Numbered from the stretch's first letter, positions 31,476-54,200 are shown. The stretch is DNA of 64,000 nt from Balanoglossus misakiensis (GCA_040954595.2 CM082580.2:11546909-11610908), one strand, 5' to 3'. The notes: generated from the sequence alone by a model not told the origin. Program-made: numbers and translations.

Positions 31476-34400
31476 CTTCTCTTTGTTGTAGTTCCAGAAT
31501 ACTTGAAGAGCCACGTGGCCTCGGTAATTGTGATCACACATTCTGCAGGTAAAGTTTGCTAGGGTGACTGTAGTACAGTGTTCCATCATAGACAGTCTAT
31601 GGTCAATCATGATTTCATCCAGGTTAGCATGATCTAATTCATTTCATTGTTGTGTTGTTTTGCAGAGCCTGTGTGGGAAATCACCTGGGAAATACATGCC
31701 CACTGTGTAGTGCACCAGCCTGGGTTAAGGACCTGAAGACAAACAGACAGCTGACTAATGTAGTTCACCTCTCTAAAAAGTTACGGAAAATCATTGAAGG
31801 AAAATACGCAGGGAATGACGAATCTCAAACTGAAGGTATCTTTATTACATTGTGCTGATTACTTGTAAAGTGAACTTACTAGTCTTAGCTCTACTCCTTC
31901 AGGAACAGAAAAGCTGTTCTTACTAGAGGTGTCCTTAAGAGACAGATAACAAAAATCTGTAATAGAACCCATTGATCAAGTTTTTCTTCTTATATTTGTT
32001 TAAGTGGATGTTGCTGTCAATAACGAGGAAGAAGATTCCAGTACCAAAGAAAGTGATGATGAAGAAGAAGAAAGAGGAATGGATGTGGACAGTAGACTTG
32101 AAACATCGCTGAAATTCGAAGACAGCAAAAGAAATAGAAATAGGAGAAAAGTAACAGAATGTGTGAAATATCAAGAAGAAAGTCAAGAGGAAGAGGAGGA
32201 GGGTGATAAGTTTACTCCTGATGATGACGAAGAAAATGATGAAGATTTTGACCCCGTGGTTGCCAAGAAACAAAAGGTCTCAAAGAGGCAGGCTCTGAAA
32301 CAAAAGAAAATGATGGTTGTGTCTCAGAATCGCAAGAGGAAGATCGAAACCAAATTTTCACCAAGAGCCAGTATTCTGAGGTACACTGTGAATCTGAGAA
32401 CTCGGAGAGTGAAGACACCAAGCCCCAGGACCAGAAATACTACAAGGACCACAAGAAGCTCTTCCAAATCAACCAGCGAAACTGCAAGCACATCTGGTGA
32501 AGACGCCAAGCAGAATGCTGAAAATGCACTGGATGATGTATTTGACTTTGTGGCCTCCCCAACTGGCTCCAGACCAGCAAAAAAAATCAGTCACAGGAAT
32601 TCGAAAACAAGTCTGAAGAAGAAAATCACGAGCTACAATAAGCAGTGGGGTCTCAAGAATGGAAGGTCTAGAAGAAAGGCGGCAGTGAAGACTGCTTCAG
32701 AATCGCGTTCAGCGTCTGATACAGAGACTGAAAGGAAGGTTTCATTTCTAGAGATTGATGAGAGTGATACTAAGCAGCATAGTGATGAAGAGGAGGACAA
32801 AACAGAGAACAAGAAGAATACCCGTGGGAAGAAAGGAATTGTGAAAAATGGCGGAAAGGAAGACGAGAGAAGCAGCGTTGAGAGTGGTTCATCGGGAAGA
32901 AAACGAAGAACGACTGAAAAGACAACAAATGATGAAAGAAGCCCAGATAAGAAATCCAAACCAAGCATTTCCGAGGGGCAAACTAGAAGAAACCAACAAA
33001 AGCGACAGACGGGTGAAATCACACCGACAAAGAGAGAGGCTGGCATCATCAGAGGGGAAAAGTTCTCCTCTCCAAGTACAGTACAGTCACCTCAGATCAG
33101 CAGTAGCACTGTCACACCCAGACCAAGCAGCAGGCGGTCATCTGGTGGGATTGTGAACTCGCCGCATGGAAGTCTCACAAAGAAAAACATGAAGGGAGAA
33201 ACTCCACTGCACAGAGCCTCGATTAAGGTAAAATGTCAACTCTTTGTGCACATGACAGCATAGTATACATTAATGACACCATAATTGATGTTATGACATC
33301 ACCATGCAAAGTTGCAATGCAAAATGTAGGCACAAGCAACTTTGCCTGAATAAATAAAAACAGTCTGAGTGGAAAGATGAATCCAAGCAAAGTTTTTTTC
33401 TCTTCTGCTCTTTTTAACAGGGTGATGTTGACACCGTGAAAACTTTATTAGAGGCTGGAGCTGATCCCAATACAAAGGATTTTGCTGGCTGGACACCCTT
33501 GGTAAGGAAAAAAACATTTTTGAAGAATCAATGACTCTGACATATACTTCAGAACATGCCAGAAACATAATGGATGTATGCTTGTCCTCTACTGTAGCAT
33601 GAAGCGTGTAACCATGGATATCTGGAGATAGTCGGGCTGTTGCTAGACAACGGTGCCCTCATAAACGTTCCAGGACTAGACAATGATTCTCCACTGCACG
33701 ATGCAGTCTCCAACAACAGAATAGAAGTTGTCCGTCTGTTGGTGCAGAGAGGTGCCTCCCTGGAAACCAGGTAACTTCCGCATCTGATAAATGTTGGTTT
33801 ACAGGCCCTGGATATACTTGTGTCAAGCAATGAATGATTACAGAAGATCACAATTGTGCATCTCAAGTGTGTGGCTGATATATAATGAAACAATATTATT
33901 TCTTTTCTTCAGGAACATCCATGGTTTAACACCAAGAGACTTGGCCGTTGCAGCAGATATGAAAAATGCTCTGAATACTGTACCTGTTGTGACTCAGACA
34001 CAACAAAATTCTTCTCAAAAAGTGAGTGATGTTCGTGTAATCCCAGAAAATCCTGCAAATATGGGTTCATATTGAGTTCAAATTCATGGTGGCTGTTTTA
34101 GGGCGCTAGACTCAAGAAAAGAGTTTACGATGGGGATGTGTCTAGTCCTCTACTGGTATGTAAGTTACCAGTGATTGAACTTTTACCCTTGTTTTCCGTT
34201 AATGCATAGATAGAGCAACTGATCAGAGCACAGTTCACTGAGGTCGTGATGATTGCCACTGCTCTGAAGAGAGAGCAGAAGGTCAAACTGGAACAGTGCG
34301 CCAAATTGCTGAAGGGCAGAGTTGTCGAAGAGTTCGATGGTTCTGTCACGCACGTTGTCACGTCGTGCAATGCAGATGGACAGTGTGCTAGAACCATGAA

Positions 34401-35133
34401 ACTGTTGCAGGGAATTCTCCATGGCAAGTGGATCGTCAGCTATGATTGTAAGTGTTCTCATGCATTCCAAGAGATTACACTAGTAATAAACACACAGACA
34501 GTGCCATACCAATATGTGTACAAACATGTAAAATGTGTACTAAGACTTTACTTTTTTGAACAGGGGTGAAAAGATGTCTGGAAAAGAAACAACATGAGGA
34601 AGAGCAGTACTTTGAAGTGACTGGCACTTGTATCCATCCATTCACGCTTGGACCACGTAAAGCCAGACAGAACTCTGAACAAAAGGTGAGATTGTGATAT
34701 TTAGGGTTTCAGATGATTGAGATTCAAATGATTTAAAATTATTTCCATCATTATAGTGGCGCCTTTCCTGTACTTATCTATTATTTCTTTTCCACAGTGT
34801 CCCGGTCTCTTCAGTGGCTGTTATTTCTACTTCCACGGAAACTTCTCGGCTCCGACGCCATCCAAAGCTGAACTTGCGGACCTGGTGAAGGCTGGCGAAG
34901 GAAGTGTCCTCCTGAGAGAACCCAAATCGGACGACTGCAACCAGCCAGGTGGCACGGTGCCATACCACGCCCAGACAGACTCCAACCAATCAGAATGCAC
35001 ACATTACATCATCTACGATCACTTCAGCAAGAAGCAACCAGGGAAGATCAAAACTCCAAAGCTTTGTACAGCCTCATCATCCTGGTTGACTGACTGCATT
35101 TCACAGTTTACAATTCTAGAACTGTCAGATTAA
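31237..35133 (+). CDS. BARD1: BRCA1-associated RING domain protein 1 (RING, long disordered linker, ankyrin repeats, tandem BRCT)
   Basis: Exons: 31237 (or ATG at 31258)-31337, 31492-31548, 31666-31835, 32005-33227, 33421-33501, 33598-33770, 33913-34021, 34210-34447, 34564-34685, 34798-35133. [36 protein letters not shown]. Ankyrin [52 protein letters not shown] and [23 protein letters not shown]. Confidence 0.95.
31389..31473. repeat. (GAT)n microsatellite in BARD1 intron 1
   Basis: About 27 GAT units filling over half of a 154-nt intron. Confidence 0.97.
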
Positions 35134-35267
35134 ATCCTTCTCTCCCCTTTTCCTCTCTTTGGTTCAACCCACTCCATTGACAACAGTGGGGGTTTACACA
35201 AACTATCTCTCATGAGGATATGTGCCTTCTTGAAAAACGATATATATATGTCTGTCTGCTGTACAGA

Positions 35268-35273
35268 AATAAA
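35268..35273 (+). terminator. BARD1 polyadenylation signal
   Basis: AATAAA 135 nt after the stop codon, followed by GT/T-rich sequence. Confidence 0.65.
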
Positions 35274-35274
35274 G

Positions 35275-35513
35275 TCTGTGTGCGAAAAATTTACCTAAAT
35301 CAGTCTGTTGCATTCTTTTTTTATTAGATTTTCAGAATTAAATTTAGGCGCCAACAGAGAGAAAACGAATGAAAAACAAAAGTTGCAGTAGATTACTTGC
35401 TAGAGGGCACCCTTCTGAATATGTCATAAGTATTTGACTACTAAGTTAGGCGGTCTTATGAGGTCATAGGTTACACCCAATCACATGACCTCTCAAGCTA
35501 CTTCAATATCAAT
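35275..35513 (+). promoter_or_regulatory. Compact promoter of the sorting nexin gene
   Basis: Lies between the BARD1 poly(A) signal and the sorting nexin ATG. CCAAT directly abuts the E-box TCACATGAC (35477-35489). The ATG sits in a YY1-like AATATGGCG. Confidence 0.5.
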
Positions 35514-42544
<7,031 letters not shown>

Positions 42545-45234
42545 AATGTTTCATGTCCAAACGATGTCGTGCAAGTCTGCCATTCAGAACTGGGATGTAA
42601 ATCATGTGATCTCTCTGCTCAGCCAATCAGACACAAGAAGCAAATCATGCGGCCTTTCTCTTCAGCCAATCAGAAATGTGAAAATAATATTATGTTTCCA
42701 ACCTCATTAATTTCAGTACCGTTAAAGTTGAGGGAGTTGGGAAAACAGAAATAATAGAAAGTAAAAAGCAACGTCTTTTCAAACTGTATTTTTTTCTTTG
42801 ATGACTTTCAGTGTAACCTTAAAAGGGTGGCTATGTTTTTTCCTTGTTATTTTTTTTTTGCAATTTTTGTGACAGAACTATGTAATGTATATAAAGAATG
42901 ATATTCACTTCTTATACTAGCTTTTAATATGAAAATATAGTAGAAAGGTTTAAAGTTTTGACTGTGTATGCACATGTGTATATTTTTATGTAAAAATAAA
43001 TGTAGCCCTTTCAGCCCCATTGCATTGTAAATAAGTTCAAGTGTGTCATGAAAAACATTCAAATGGAACTAGACTATAGGTCCTAAAAGGGCAGTTTTTC
43101 AGTTGGTTTGGGGTTTGTGATGGCATACTTGTAAGTTTTTTTTTTACTTTCAAATCTTGGTCTGATTGGATTGGACAGGCTTCATATGCTTCTTGAACGT
43201 CCAAGCAAAATGAATTTTTTTTTCTGAAACCTGGAAAATTGATTCGCCGGTGACTGGGCAGAATTTTCTGAATGACACTCATGGTGATATGAATGATGTT
43301 GGGACACAATATTTACTATGTAAACAGGAAACATGATTTCTAAACAGGTCCAATAATCATCATTCATGGTATTAAAGTAAATTATCAGGTCCAAGAATCT
43401 AGTAGGAAATGTCAACAGAAAATACACTTCAAGTATTCATGAAAAACAGGTGATGCAAACTCAAACTTCTGCTTGTTGTGAAGTCTACTGTAAAACACAT
43501 TCTGATTGGCTGAGAGAGATACATGCAATGGCATAGTGTTCATTCCAACCAATCCCAACATATTTCAGAGAAATTGTCTTATAGCTGCATTTTCTGGATA
43601 CTGTTTCTAGTAAACTATATTACAAAAAGAAACCCACAATGGCTCTGTTCTTAATGGTGGTTAAAATTTGTCTTGGAATGTGTAGTTTTCTCTAAGTTGC
43701 ATCACTGTGTTCATCTTCATGGGAGCATTCTTGGAAATCTCCAAGTCTTTGAAATCTAGAAATACACAAACCACAGTTGTAGAATGTACCTCAGGGACAT
43801 ATGTATAAAAATCACAAATTATCAAATCCTTCCATGCTTTGTCTGTTTGTAAAGCATGTGCCATGCTTCTATTTGTAAATAATAAAGAAATGATCTTCAT
43901 TTTCTCATTTTGAAGGAATTGAACGATTGAATGTTTCCAGTAAAGATTAGTGAAAGTCATTGTGAACTTTATCGTTAACTTTGCAGCTGTTTTCAGTGTA
44001 TCACTATCTGGGTGGCCGCCAATGCCAACAAAAGCATGATTATGAGTAAATTTATTCGGTTTTTGAGAAAGTGTTGGAAAGAAGCATTTGAAGCAAGAAT
44101 ATGTTTCTTGTGTTTGTATGTGTTGGGCACCATAGACAGTGGTCACTTCTGTCTATGGAAACAGAGAAAATATACCTGACAAAGTCAGCTACATCTTGTA
44201 ACGGATCTCCTAAAATGAAAAAAAATGTATTCAAATGATATGTTTTTTTTATCTGACTATAATTTATGCGAAGTCTGACATTATAAACTCCGGAAAGCAT
44301 ATTTAAATGTGAAAATATATGATAGAGGGCGCCATTAATCCCTCTGACCCTAGTATTGCATTGGGAAATATAGTTCTTTTCAGTAGCTAAAATTATTATT
44401 ATTATTATTAAGAATTATTTTTGCAAAGCTACACTTGTCGCTTTTTGCAATGTAATGGAAATTTATTCTTATGATATTTTTTGGTGAAATGCAGAAACCA
44501 CATTGCATTGCTTCTTCGTGATGAAGACATCTGTATATTCCAAATGAATTTTTTTTTATCCAAGTATTTCATTATTTACAATGGGAATATATTTCAGAAT
44601 TTGAAGTCCGTGCATTCTACTTCATGACATCCAAAAAGGGCCACAAAGTTATTTAATTCTGTATTTTACATTATACAACAAGGGCAAATTTGTAATCCAA
44701 TAAACATTTTGCTCTGGAGCATTGTTAGCAGGATGGATATTGTTTGAAGATTTTTATGTGACTGCTGAACTTTGAAGACAAAGGTTGAATCATATAGAAA
44801 TTGAGGGAAGATAACCAAATTATAGAGAAATCTGTGCACATGAACATTTTACTTCAACTTCCCGTTCAATTTATCATAAATATGTACATAAACAGTATGC
44901 ATAGCAAAAGATAGCCGGCGAAGTTCCGTGCCGGCGTTCACGTGCTGGTTGCCAATGGTGACGCAAATCCGATTTGCTCTATCGGTTGCACGGTTACGAG
45001 GCTCCCGTAAGTTTATTGTGCGATGGGTTCCTGACACCCAACACATAAGTACCCCGCCGCGTCCTAGCTGTCCGAGATCGAGAGTGTATACACAACACAA
45101 ACTTTTATTTGTAGAAAGAGTTGATAACGGACAATTGGCTTTCTCCGTCTCGCCAACTCAAGTGTAAAGGCGACTGTCCGCGGCTGCAGAGGAGATTTCG
45201 TGTTCAGTGGTTTCCATGAACCATTTGCCTCACC

Positions 45235-48200
45235 ATGGATACGAGGCGCGCATTACTTGGAGTTTGGATAGTGATATTTCAAATAATTTCAGGTGAGTTT
45301 CTGTGGCATCAATGGGCCTCTTAGAAGACCTAAAACGATTTACTAAATAATGGGTGATGTCAAAAATTTCAGTGACGGATAACAAAAAACACTTCATTCG
45401 TTTAGTTTGGGATTTGTAGTTAATTCAAAAAAATTTTAATCGATCAAATAGCTTTATTGAAAAATCGAAAAAAACAGGTCTGAAAATATGCGTTTTCAGT
45501 CGAAACCGCCAGTTGTATGGAACTCACCCGGTAAGCGTTTTCGTTGAACAGTAGCAACTGCTTATATTTGGACTCATCAAACAAGAGTCGCGTAATGAAA
45601 TTCAGTATCAATATACCAGCAAGCTAGATATGTTTCTAGGAGTGGGGTTTGGGGAGAACGCCAACAAAAATTTCGATCCGACATAGAACTTTTGACGTCA
45701 ACTCTAAATGCATTTGAAAGTTGAATGAAAACGCACCGAATTTCTTAATTTCGTTCCAAAGGCAACCACCGAAGCTTCCAGACAAATTGCGTGAATTTAA
45801 TTTAGGGGGCGTTCCACAATATCTGTTGAATGTATTCTTCTAATTCTTGTCAAAGACGAGATAGTCCTTAAAGTTTTCAAGGCGCCATTTTCCAGGTTAG
45901 ACGCAGACAAGCAAATTTAAGCCTTGGACTGATCTGGGGAAATTGCAAGGCGCTGGATGCAAAACACATAGAAATAATACGCCCCATTTCTTATCCAAAA
46001 TGTTCTTGATTTGATATTAGTTAGCGTCCGTGAACGTTGACTGATTAGGGGATTTCTTTTTCGTAGATAGAGATTTCTGATTACATATTTATGTTGTCTG
46101 ATTATTTTCATCACAAAATATCACACGTTGCGCATTTAAACTCACCTAAAACGAATAAGGAAACCCTTTTCACATTTTCTTACGGACGAAAAAAAGTATT
46201 TTGGTTTTTTATCAGCTATAATTTCGTCAATACCAAGTCGGATCGTACGCACACGTTGTTACCGATCGTTATATATGTACTATAATCGTAAGCGCACGAT
46301 ATGTAAGCTTGATTAGGCATGCGGAGATCAAGTGGTGTCTTGTGTAAAAGCCCAGGGCATTGTTGTACCGAGACATTGTTTGACATTGTGTTTTGCAACA
46401 GGGAATGTTAGAGGTCATCAGATACGCGTTATTCTTTATCCGATCGTTGATTTGAACATAACTAGGGCCTATGTTCTTGGTCAGTGTGCGTGAAACAAGT
46501 CCTTGAACAAACAACACCTCCGTAAGCAAACCCAGAAAATTTTGCCCTATAGCGTGTTGTTGTATGAGGGGTTAAACGTGACTTTTTCTTCAGGGATATC
46601 CTGACAGAGCTGGTAGCTTTCTCAATTACACGCGCACGTGGTTCAGTTTATTTTTCATCAAATATCGCGCATCTCATCGGGAACTTTTTCATATTTACAA
46701 CCACCACGTACCCCCACAACTATTACTACCACACAGGTGCATCTTCCCAATTTGACTGCACATTTGAGACCGGTTTATGTGGTTGGTTTCAATCAAGTGG
46801 AGATGATTTCGATTGGACGCGACAACAAGGTGAAACTGATTCCCCGCACACTGGACCTTCTGGAGATCACACCATAGGAGGTAGGCCATATATTGAAGCA
46901 TAATATAAAAATGCATTTTATTATGGTTATGCAGGCAATGGAATACATTTTTTTCAAGAGGGTAGTGATTTCGCAAAATCGGGTGCAGCCACCGTACTTG
47001 TTATTATATGTACAGTCGAATTTTCAACTAGTCTCTCTGAGCCTCTAGGAGGCGCTGCAATAACATTGATTCCAGTCATGCGCAGACGAGTTGACTTGGA
47101 CGTTCTGCCTCAGCATCGTGGATGAAAGTTGCATCTACGATAGCCGCTAACTTGCAAAAAACAACAGTCCTGCCAGGCAGATCTTCATTGGGAGCACCAG
47201 TCTGTGGTTGGAGCTACCTTCTACTGATTCGTGCTTCATCTCATCGTTTCGAGCATGCATCGATCTTCTCTGGGTTCCGAGAAACTCAGTAAAAACCGGC
47301 CGGTGTTCCGGCGATCGGATGATTGAGAGTCGCCCAGGCCCAGTTATCTTGTCAGAGAATAGGTCAAGCTGTCATCCTGATGGTATGGTCCTTTATTTTG
47401 TGTGATGTATTGACTCTCATCTTTGAAAACATCTTACAGAAAATGGATGGTTTGTGTACATCAACAACGAAAGCCCGCAAGTCCAAGGAGACGTCGCCCA
47501 GCTCATCAGCCCAGATGTCAACATGGTTGCAAATCAGCCTCAGTGTGTTTCGTTCTGGTAAGTGCAAATATTTCTTGTGACAGGTTCCAGAGGTTCTTGT
47601 TGAGGTGTACTACTAGTGAGATCACCGGCTTTTGTTACTATTATAGCCCTGATCCGTTTCAAGCGTTCAAGCTTGTTTGTGTAATGTGTTATCAGGTATC
47701 ACATGTTTGGATCACAAGTCGGAGCCTTGAATATTTACATCCGGAATGGCGGTGTTCTGGGTGATGTTGTCTGGACTAGAGAAAGTACCCAAGGTGACGT
47801 TTGGAGACAAGCCCAGGTCAACATCCTCACAGCGAACAATGGTATCAGGCAGGTTGTCATAGAGGGTGTCCATGGTTACAAAATCCAGGGTGATATATCA
47901 ATTGATGATGTCACTATTACCAATGGCTACTGTCTTCCAGGTAGGTGCAGTACATTTGATGATTATATTATTGATTAATTAACACACAGCCCTGAATATG
48001 GAAGAGTACTATCTCCACTGCAATATGTGTCCTAGCTTCACCAAAAAGATTTTAATCAGATCTGACAAGTAAATGTATCTCTATGACTATTTCAGATCTA
48101 TGTGACTTTGAAGATGACACCCTGTGTGGTGGAACTCAAGATGCGACAGATGATTTCGACTGGAAGAGAGGCAGTGGGACCAGTCCGATGATAGATCACA

Positions 48201-51200
48201 CTTACGGTTCAACTGCAGGTTAGTGCCAAAGTTGGTGTGTGTGCATGTGGATGTAAGACTCTCTCACAGCCGGCTTGTTGGCCATTGAATTGCCATTTTA
48301 ATCTGTCTTAAGTCAAGCTAAACTCTGTTTGGCATGTTTAGTACTTGGTGTGTCTATTTTGCCAGGGAAAGTGGTAATTCTGTTGCATGATATGTTCTGG
48401 TCAGACGTTGTTTCTTTATTCTCCAACTAAGGTCACTACTTGGCAGTTCATGCATCAGACGCGAGCACTGGAGATACAGCCAGGTTCATCTCTGCTGTGT
48501 ATCCAGGTGCCACAGCCAGTCAGTGTCTGACGTTTTACTACAATAGTCATGGAACTGACATTGCCACACTGAATGTGTACACTCGTATCCAAGGCAACCT
48601 GGGCCAAGTGTTATGGTCCAGAAATTCTGAGCAAGGAGATGGTTGGATTATTGGCCAGGTGACCGTTGATAGTGTCGGTGATTATCAGATAGTGTTTGAA
48701 GCAGTTTGTGGTAGTGGAACATCTGGATACTTGGCTATTGATGACTTCTATCTCACTGATGGAGAGTGCAACAAACCAGGTATGTGTGCTTCTGTTGTGA
48801 TGTGCAACAGAAGAATGAATTGGATCAGTTGGGCTGATAGTTCATGAAGTTTAATTGCAGGAGAGTTTTTCTTCAGTTTGGATGTTGTGACTGAGAATCT
48901 AAAGAGGCAGTCAATTGTATATTGACTGCCTTTTCCTAGTCTATACTCATGTTCTTTTACGTGCAGTTTGCATTCCAACACATTGTGTCTGGTGACTTGC
49001 CAGGTGCATGCGATTTTGAAAACGGCATGTGTACCTGGACCAATGTTATTGTTGAAGACATAGTGGATTGGCAGCTTTGGCAAGGGACAACATCACCAGG
49101 GAAGACAGGCCCGGACAATGACCACACCATTGGCAACCTCACAGGTAAGATGTGTAGGCCACAAAAAATACCTTTGAGTTTGGAAGCCAATGTGTACATG
49201 TTAGGCCACCAACAGGGGTCAGGTCTCAAAGAGTTCAAATGAAGCATACATGTATAGCATGTATGGTTCATTCATTCTCTCTTTCGCACCACTTTCTTTC
49301 TGTAGGTACATACATATACACGGAAGGTTCTAATACAGCGAACGATGCATTCTCAATACTTCGTAGCGAACCCTTTATGGCATCTCCAGGCAATGATAAA
49401 TGCTTTGGTTTCTGGTATTACATGTTTGGGAACACCATGGGCACTCTGCAGGTTCACCTGGTGGTTGGCGACGTGAAGTCTCTCATTTGGTCTCTCAGCG
49501 GTGACCAGGGCACTCAGTGGTTTTATGCACAAATTGGTATCACCCAAGCTGTGGATTATCAGGTGAATTTGAATTTGCCCGGACAAGACTAATATCTTGT
49601 GAAAGGGTGCTACAGTTTGGTCCAACTTCATTTCTCCCAGTGGCAATGTCTTATTTATCTATGGAGCAGTTTCAAACGTCGTTGCAATAAAGTGACAGAA
49701 AGCTTAAAATTAAGAATGAAATGTTGACCAAGGAAAGATTCTCTTCTGTATATTTGACAACTTTGTTTCTTTTTGTTTTTCACAATCAAAGATACAATTC
49801 ACAAGCATAAAAGGATATGGAGGAAGAACTGACATAGCTATTGATGATATAACATTCAGTGATGGATATTGCACAGGTAAAGATCAAAAGTTACAGATAA
49901 ATTTATCACCAATTCAGAGAAGTACAAGCTGTATCTCTGAAACTCCCAGTAAGACCTGAGTCCAATACACACCGACTTAAAGGCATTTGAAATTGTCTGT
50001 TCCAGCTATACCAACCCAGTTTGCGTGTACGTTTGAATCGAATCTGTGCGGATGGACACAGTCTGCTATCGACGACTTCGACTGGACGAGGCAGCTTGGC
50101 AATACAGGAACCCCACACACAGGACCATCGCAGGACCATACAATTGGAGGTACTAGGTCCCTTCAATAAAACACCAACAGAATGTGCTGTTGTAGCGATC
50201 TTGTGTTTTTGAAACGTTTCCAGTGTCATTAAATCCATTAATAAGTGTTCCAAATGAGAAAACAATCTTTGTATTTCCAGATGCTGGATGGTATCTCTAC
50301 ATAGAAAATTCTGACCCACAAGTTCAAGGTGATGTTGCTCAACTTTTGAGTCCTCTGGAGACTTTCAGTGCAAATGAGACACGGTGTCTTGAGTTCTGGT
50401 GAGTTTTCTGAGTATTATTGGCCTTCTCTTCAGATTAGCTTTATGTATCTTAATGTCTGAGATGAAGAAACTAAAATAATCAAAATGACTATATAGACTG
50501 GTAGATAAATATCAGCTCATGTGCCTGTGGTGTACTTCTTTACACAAGGTATCACATGTATGGGTCCCAAGTGGAAGCCCTCAATTTATACATCCATGAC
50601 GGTAACACGCTCGGCGAAGCCATCTGGACAAAACGTGGCACCCAAGGCAATGTGTGGAAGAAGGGACAGGTCAATGTTGTGTTTACCACTGACGTCACCG
50701 GACAGGTTGTCATAGAAGGTGTCCATGGCTACCGTATCCATGGTGAAATTGCCATTGATGATGTGGGCATTTTAGATGATTACTATGGATACTGTGATGC
50801 AGGTTTGGAATTTATTATGATTTCACATTTACCACAGATGTTGTTTTCTTTTTTGGCATTCATCAATCACCTGGTCTTCCTTGGTAAATGCAGGGTTTGG
50901 CACACTCACAGAAAATCCTGGAAAGTCATACACTTTGGAACCGGGATGACTGAAAGTCCATTCTGAAAATTTGTAATTTATTCTCAGAGAAAGTCCTGGA
51001 AAGTTGATTCAAACATTGCTGGAATGTCCTGGATTTTTGTTACACGATACTAAAAATCACAAAGCCTGATATTTTGCCTTGGCAGATGACATCTGTGATT
51101 TTGAAGATGTAACTAATTTATGTGGTGGAAGTCAAGACACATCAGACAGTATGGACTGGATGGTGGCCAGTAATGGAAACCCAGTGAAGGATCACACTTA

Positions 51201-54200
51201 CGCCAGTGTTTTAGGTATGACTGCAATGTTCTGCCTGAGTGGGTACCTGCCAGGTGGCCATGATTGTCCGTCTGTTGGCCTGTGTCTGTCTGTATATGAG
51301 ATAGACATCTCTGTCTCTGTCCATCTGTCTTAGCCTCTCTTTATTTGTCTCTCCTTGTCTTTTTCTATCTCTGCCTCGTCATCACTGTCTGTGTCTCTTT
51401 AATCCCTTATCTCTTTCCCTAATCTGATCTCTTAATCATCCTCTGTACTGGGACTCCTGCTTATCTGGAATAATTTATTGTTATATAAATGATTATTTAC
51501 TTCTGATTATTTTACTGTAGGTCATTACTTAGCGGTCCAATCATGCAGTCCAGGAGATACAGCAAGGTTCATCTCTGCTGTGTACCCTGGTGCCACAGCC
51601 AGTCAGTGTCTGGCGTTTTACTACAACAGTCATGGAACTGACATTGCCACACTGAATGTGTACACTCGTATCCAAGGCAACCTGGGCCAAGTGTTGTGGT
51701 CCAGAAATTCTGAGCAAGGAGATGGTTGGATTATTGGCCAGGTGACCGTTGATAGTGTTGGTGATTATCAGATAGTGTTCGAAGCAGTTTGTGGAAGTGG
51801 AACATCTGGATACTTGGCTATCGATGACTTCTATCTCTCTGATGGAGCTTGCAACAAACCAGGTAGGTGTGAATGACACTATGTTGGTGATTGTTTAGTC
51901 ATTGAAAATGTTTTTGAAAGTTTGTATGAAGCTTTTATAAGTGGGACCACAGAAATATACAAAAAGTCCATATAATTGGTATAAAAAAACTTAGCGGTAC
52001 ACATGAAAACAATTAACTTAATTGTTGTCCATACTTAAAGGTACATGTGACTTTGAGAATGGTTTGTGTACGTGGAGCAATGAACTTGACAATGATGACA
52101 TAGAATGGGAGTTGATGCAAGGACCGACAGACACCAGCAACACTGGCCCTGACGCAGATCACACCTATGGCAATGCTACAGGTAAGATGCAACACTCAGT
52201 ACTGGTGGTCATATATAAATGCAGGTTCTGTATTCATCAGTGTGATTAGTTTGTTCTTGTATTGATAGTGTGCTAGAAGTGTTTATGCATTGATTTCACT
52301 TGTGATGGTACCATTGAAGGAGTATAGTGAAAATTGGGTCTGTCATGACACAGGCACGTAGATCTGGCCAATTTTTACTATAGACAACATGTTTATAAAT
52401 ATGAATGACTGTGTTTTACAGGTACATATATCTACACCGAGTCGTCTAACACTGCGGGCGGGGCCTTTGCCATGCTGGTCAGTGAACCGTTCATGGCATC
52501 CCCTGGCAACAGCAAGTGTTTGCAGTTCTGGTACAACATGTACGGATCGGGCATTGGCACCTTGTTGGTGGAACAGGTCAGCGGTTCCCGGAGAACCACG
52601 CTGTGGTCGGTCATGGGAAATCAGGGAAGTGGATGGAATTTTGGCCAGATTGGCTTGCAACCGTATGAAGATTATCAGGTAAACTGGAATCGAATCTGTA
52701 TGGTACTAGAGGGAACACACAGGTAGCTGTTACCATCTGTTTGCAAAAATCATTGAAACTATTAAAATCATTGAAAAATCAATTGAATTAATGTAGAAAT
52801 ATGAAATTAAGTTCAAAGGAAAGTTTGTTGAAAGAGACAACAAACTTTCCTATGCAACTTCTGGATTTGAAGATACATGTCATTTCATAGTGAAGGACAT
52901 GAATATGAAAATGATCAGTCTTTGAATTCATCCCTTGTAATGTCTTTTATAAGCAAAAGAAAACTGAATTTGTTTCGTATTTGTTTTCTTTGCACACTCA
53001 GCTTGTTTTCACCAGTAGAAGAAGAGGCACAAAAGGCGATGTTGGTTTGGATGACATCAGCGTAACAGATGGCTTCTGTGCAGGTAAAATTATCTGAATT
53101 TTAAAGATTAGAACAAGACACTGTACAGGACGTTTAAGATACATACCAACGATTTTTAAAAGAATTGACAATTGTGAAATGTTACATCAACTATTGTCGC
53201 TTTCGTACTCCTTGACATACTATAAAACCAATGGCTTTGAATTTTTACCATATTCCAGCGTCTCCTGCACAAATACCATGTACCTTTGAGAATGATATCT
53301 GTGGGTGGACCCAGTCGACGTCCGATGTGTTTGATTGGACGAGGAGTCAGGGTGAGACAGATTCGCCCCACACTGGACCATCTAAGGACCATACTATTGG
53401 AGGTAGGGTTTGTTTAAGAACTTTAGAACTTTTGATTGTGTGATTCAATGGAAGTGTCTGCTGTGATAATAAAGCAGGTTATCTTTAGACAACAAAATTC
53501 AGTGTAGAATATAGATGTTTTAAATGCATTAATGCATCTGTTATAGTTGTGACTGTGAGACAAGGACTTAATATGTTCAACATATTTTGCACAAACATGA
53601 CATTATTCAGAAGTTTCCTTGCAAAAAATAAGCTTTGTTTGTGTTTATGTGAAATCTTACAGATGGTGGATGGTACATGTACATAGAAAATGACAGTGTA
53701 TACAATGAGGGGGACACAGCCCAGCTCGTCAGTACAAGTGTATTCATGCTGGCAGACCAACCCAAATGTCTGACATTCTGGTAAGAAAAAATGAACCCTC
53801 TCACTCTTATGTTCCAGTGCATGAACAGTTCTAACTTTTTCAAGTGATCAGTTTAATCTATTTTTCAAGAGGAATGTATTCAGATAGATCGACAATTCAA
53901 CCACCCTTAGGGTATCATGTCATTTTCAGGTATCACATGTATGGATCGCAGATAGAACAACTCAATGTCTATCTTCAAGTGGGTGTGGCACTCGGTCTGC
54001 CAGTTTGGACGTCTCAAGGCACACAGGGTGACGTCTGGAGGAAGTCGAGGGTCAACCTCATCTCTGCAACTGATGGCAACAGGCAGGTTGTCATGGAGGG
54101 TGTCCATGGTTACAGAATCCATGGCGATATTGCCATTGATGATGTCAGCATCATTGACGGCTACTGTGTGTCGGGTAAGATTTAAAGTAACCACAGTTTC

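Noticed and set aside
31346-31610. Poly-His and poly-Ser ORFs
   Set aside because: Antisense translations of the intronic (GAT)n repeat.
31935-33049. Hydrophobic minus-strand ORFs
   Set aside because: Shadows of the purine-rich BARD1 exon 4.
43661-44146. 161-aa minus-strand ORF
   Set aside because: GTG start, AT-rich, no motifs, and located in the probable sorting nexin 3' UTR.
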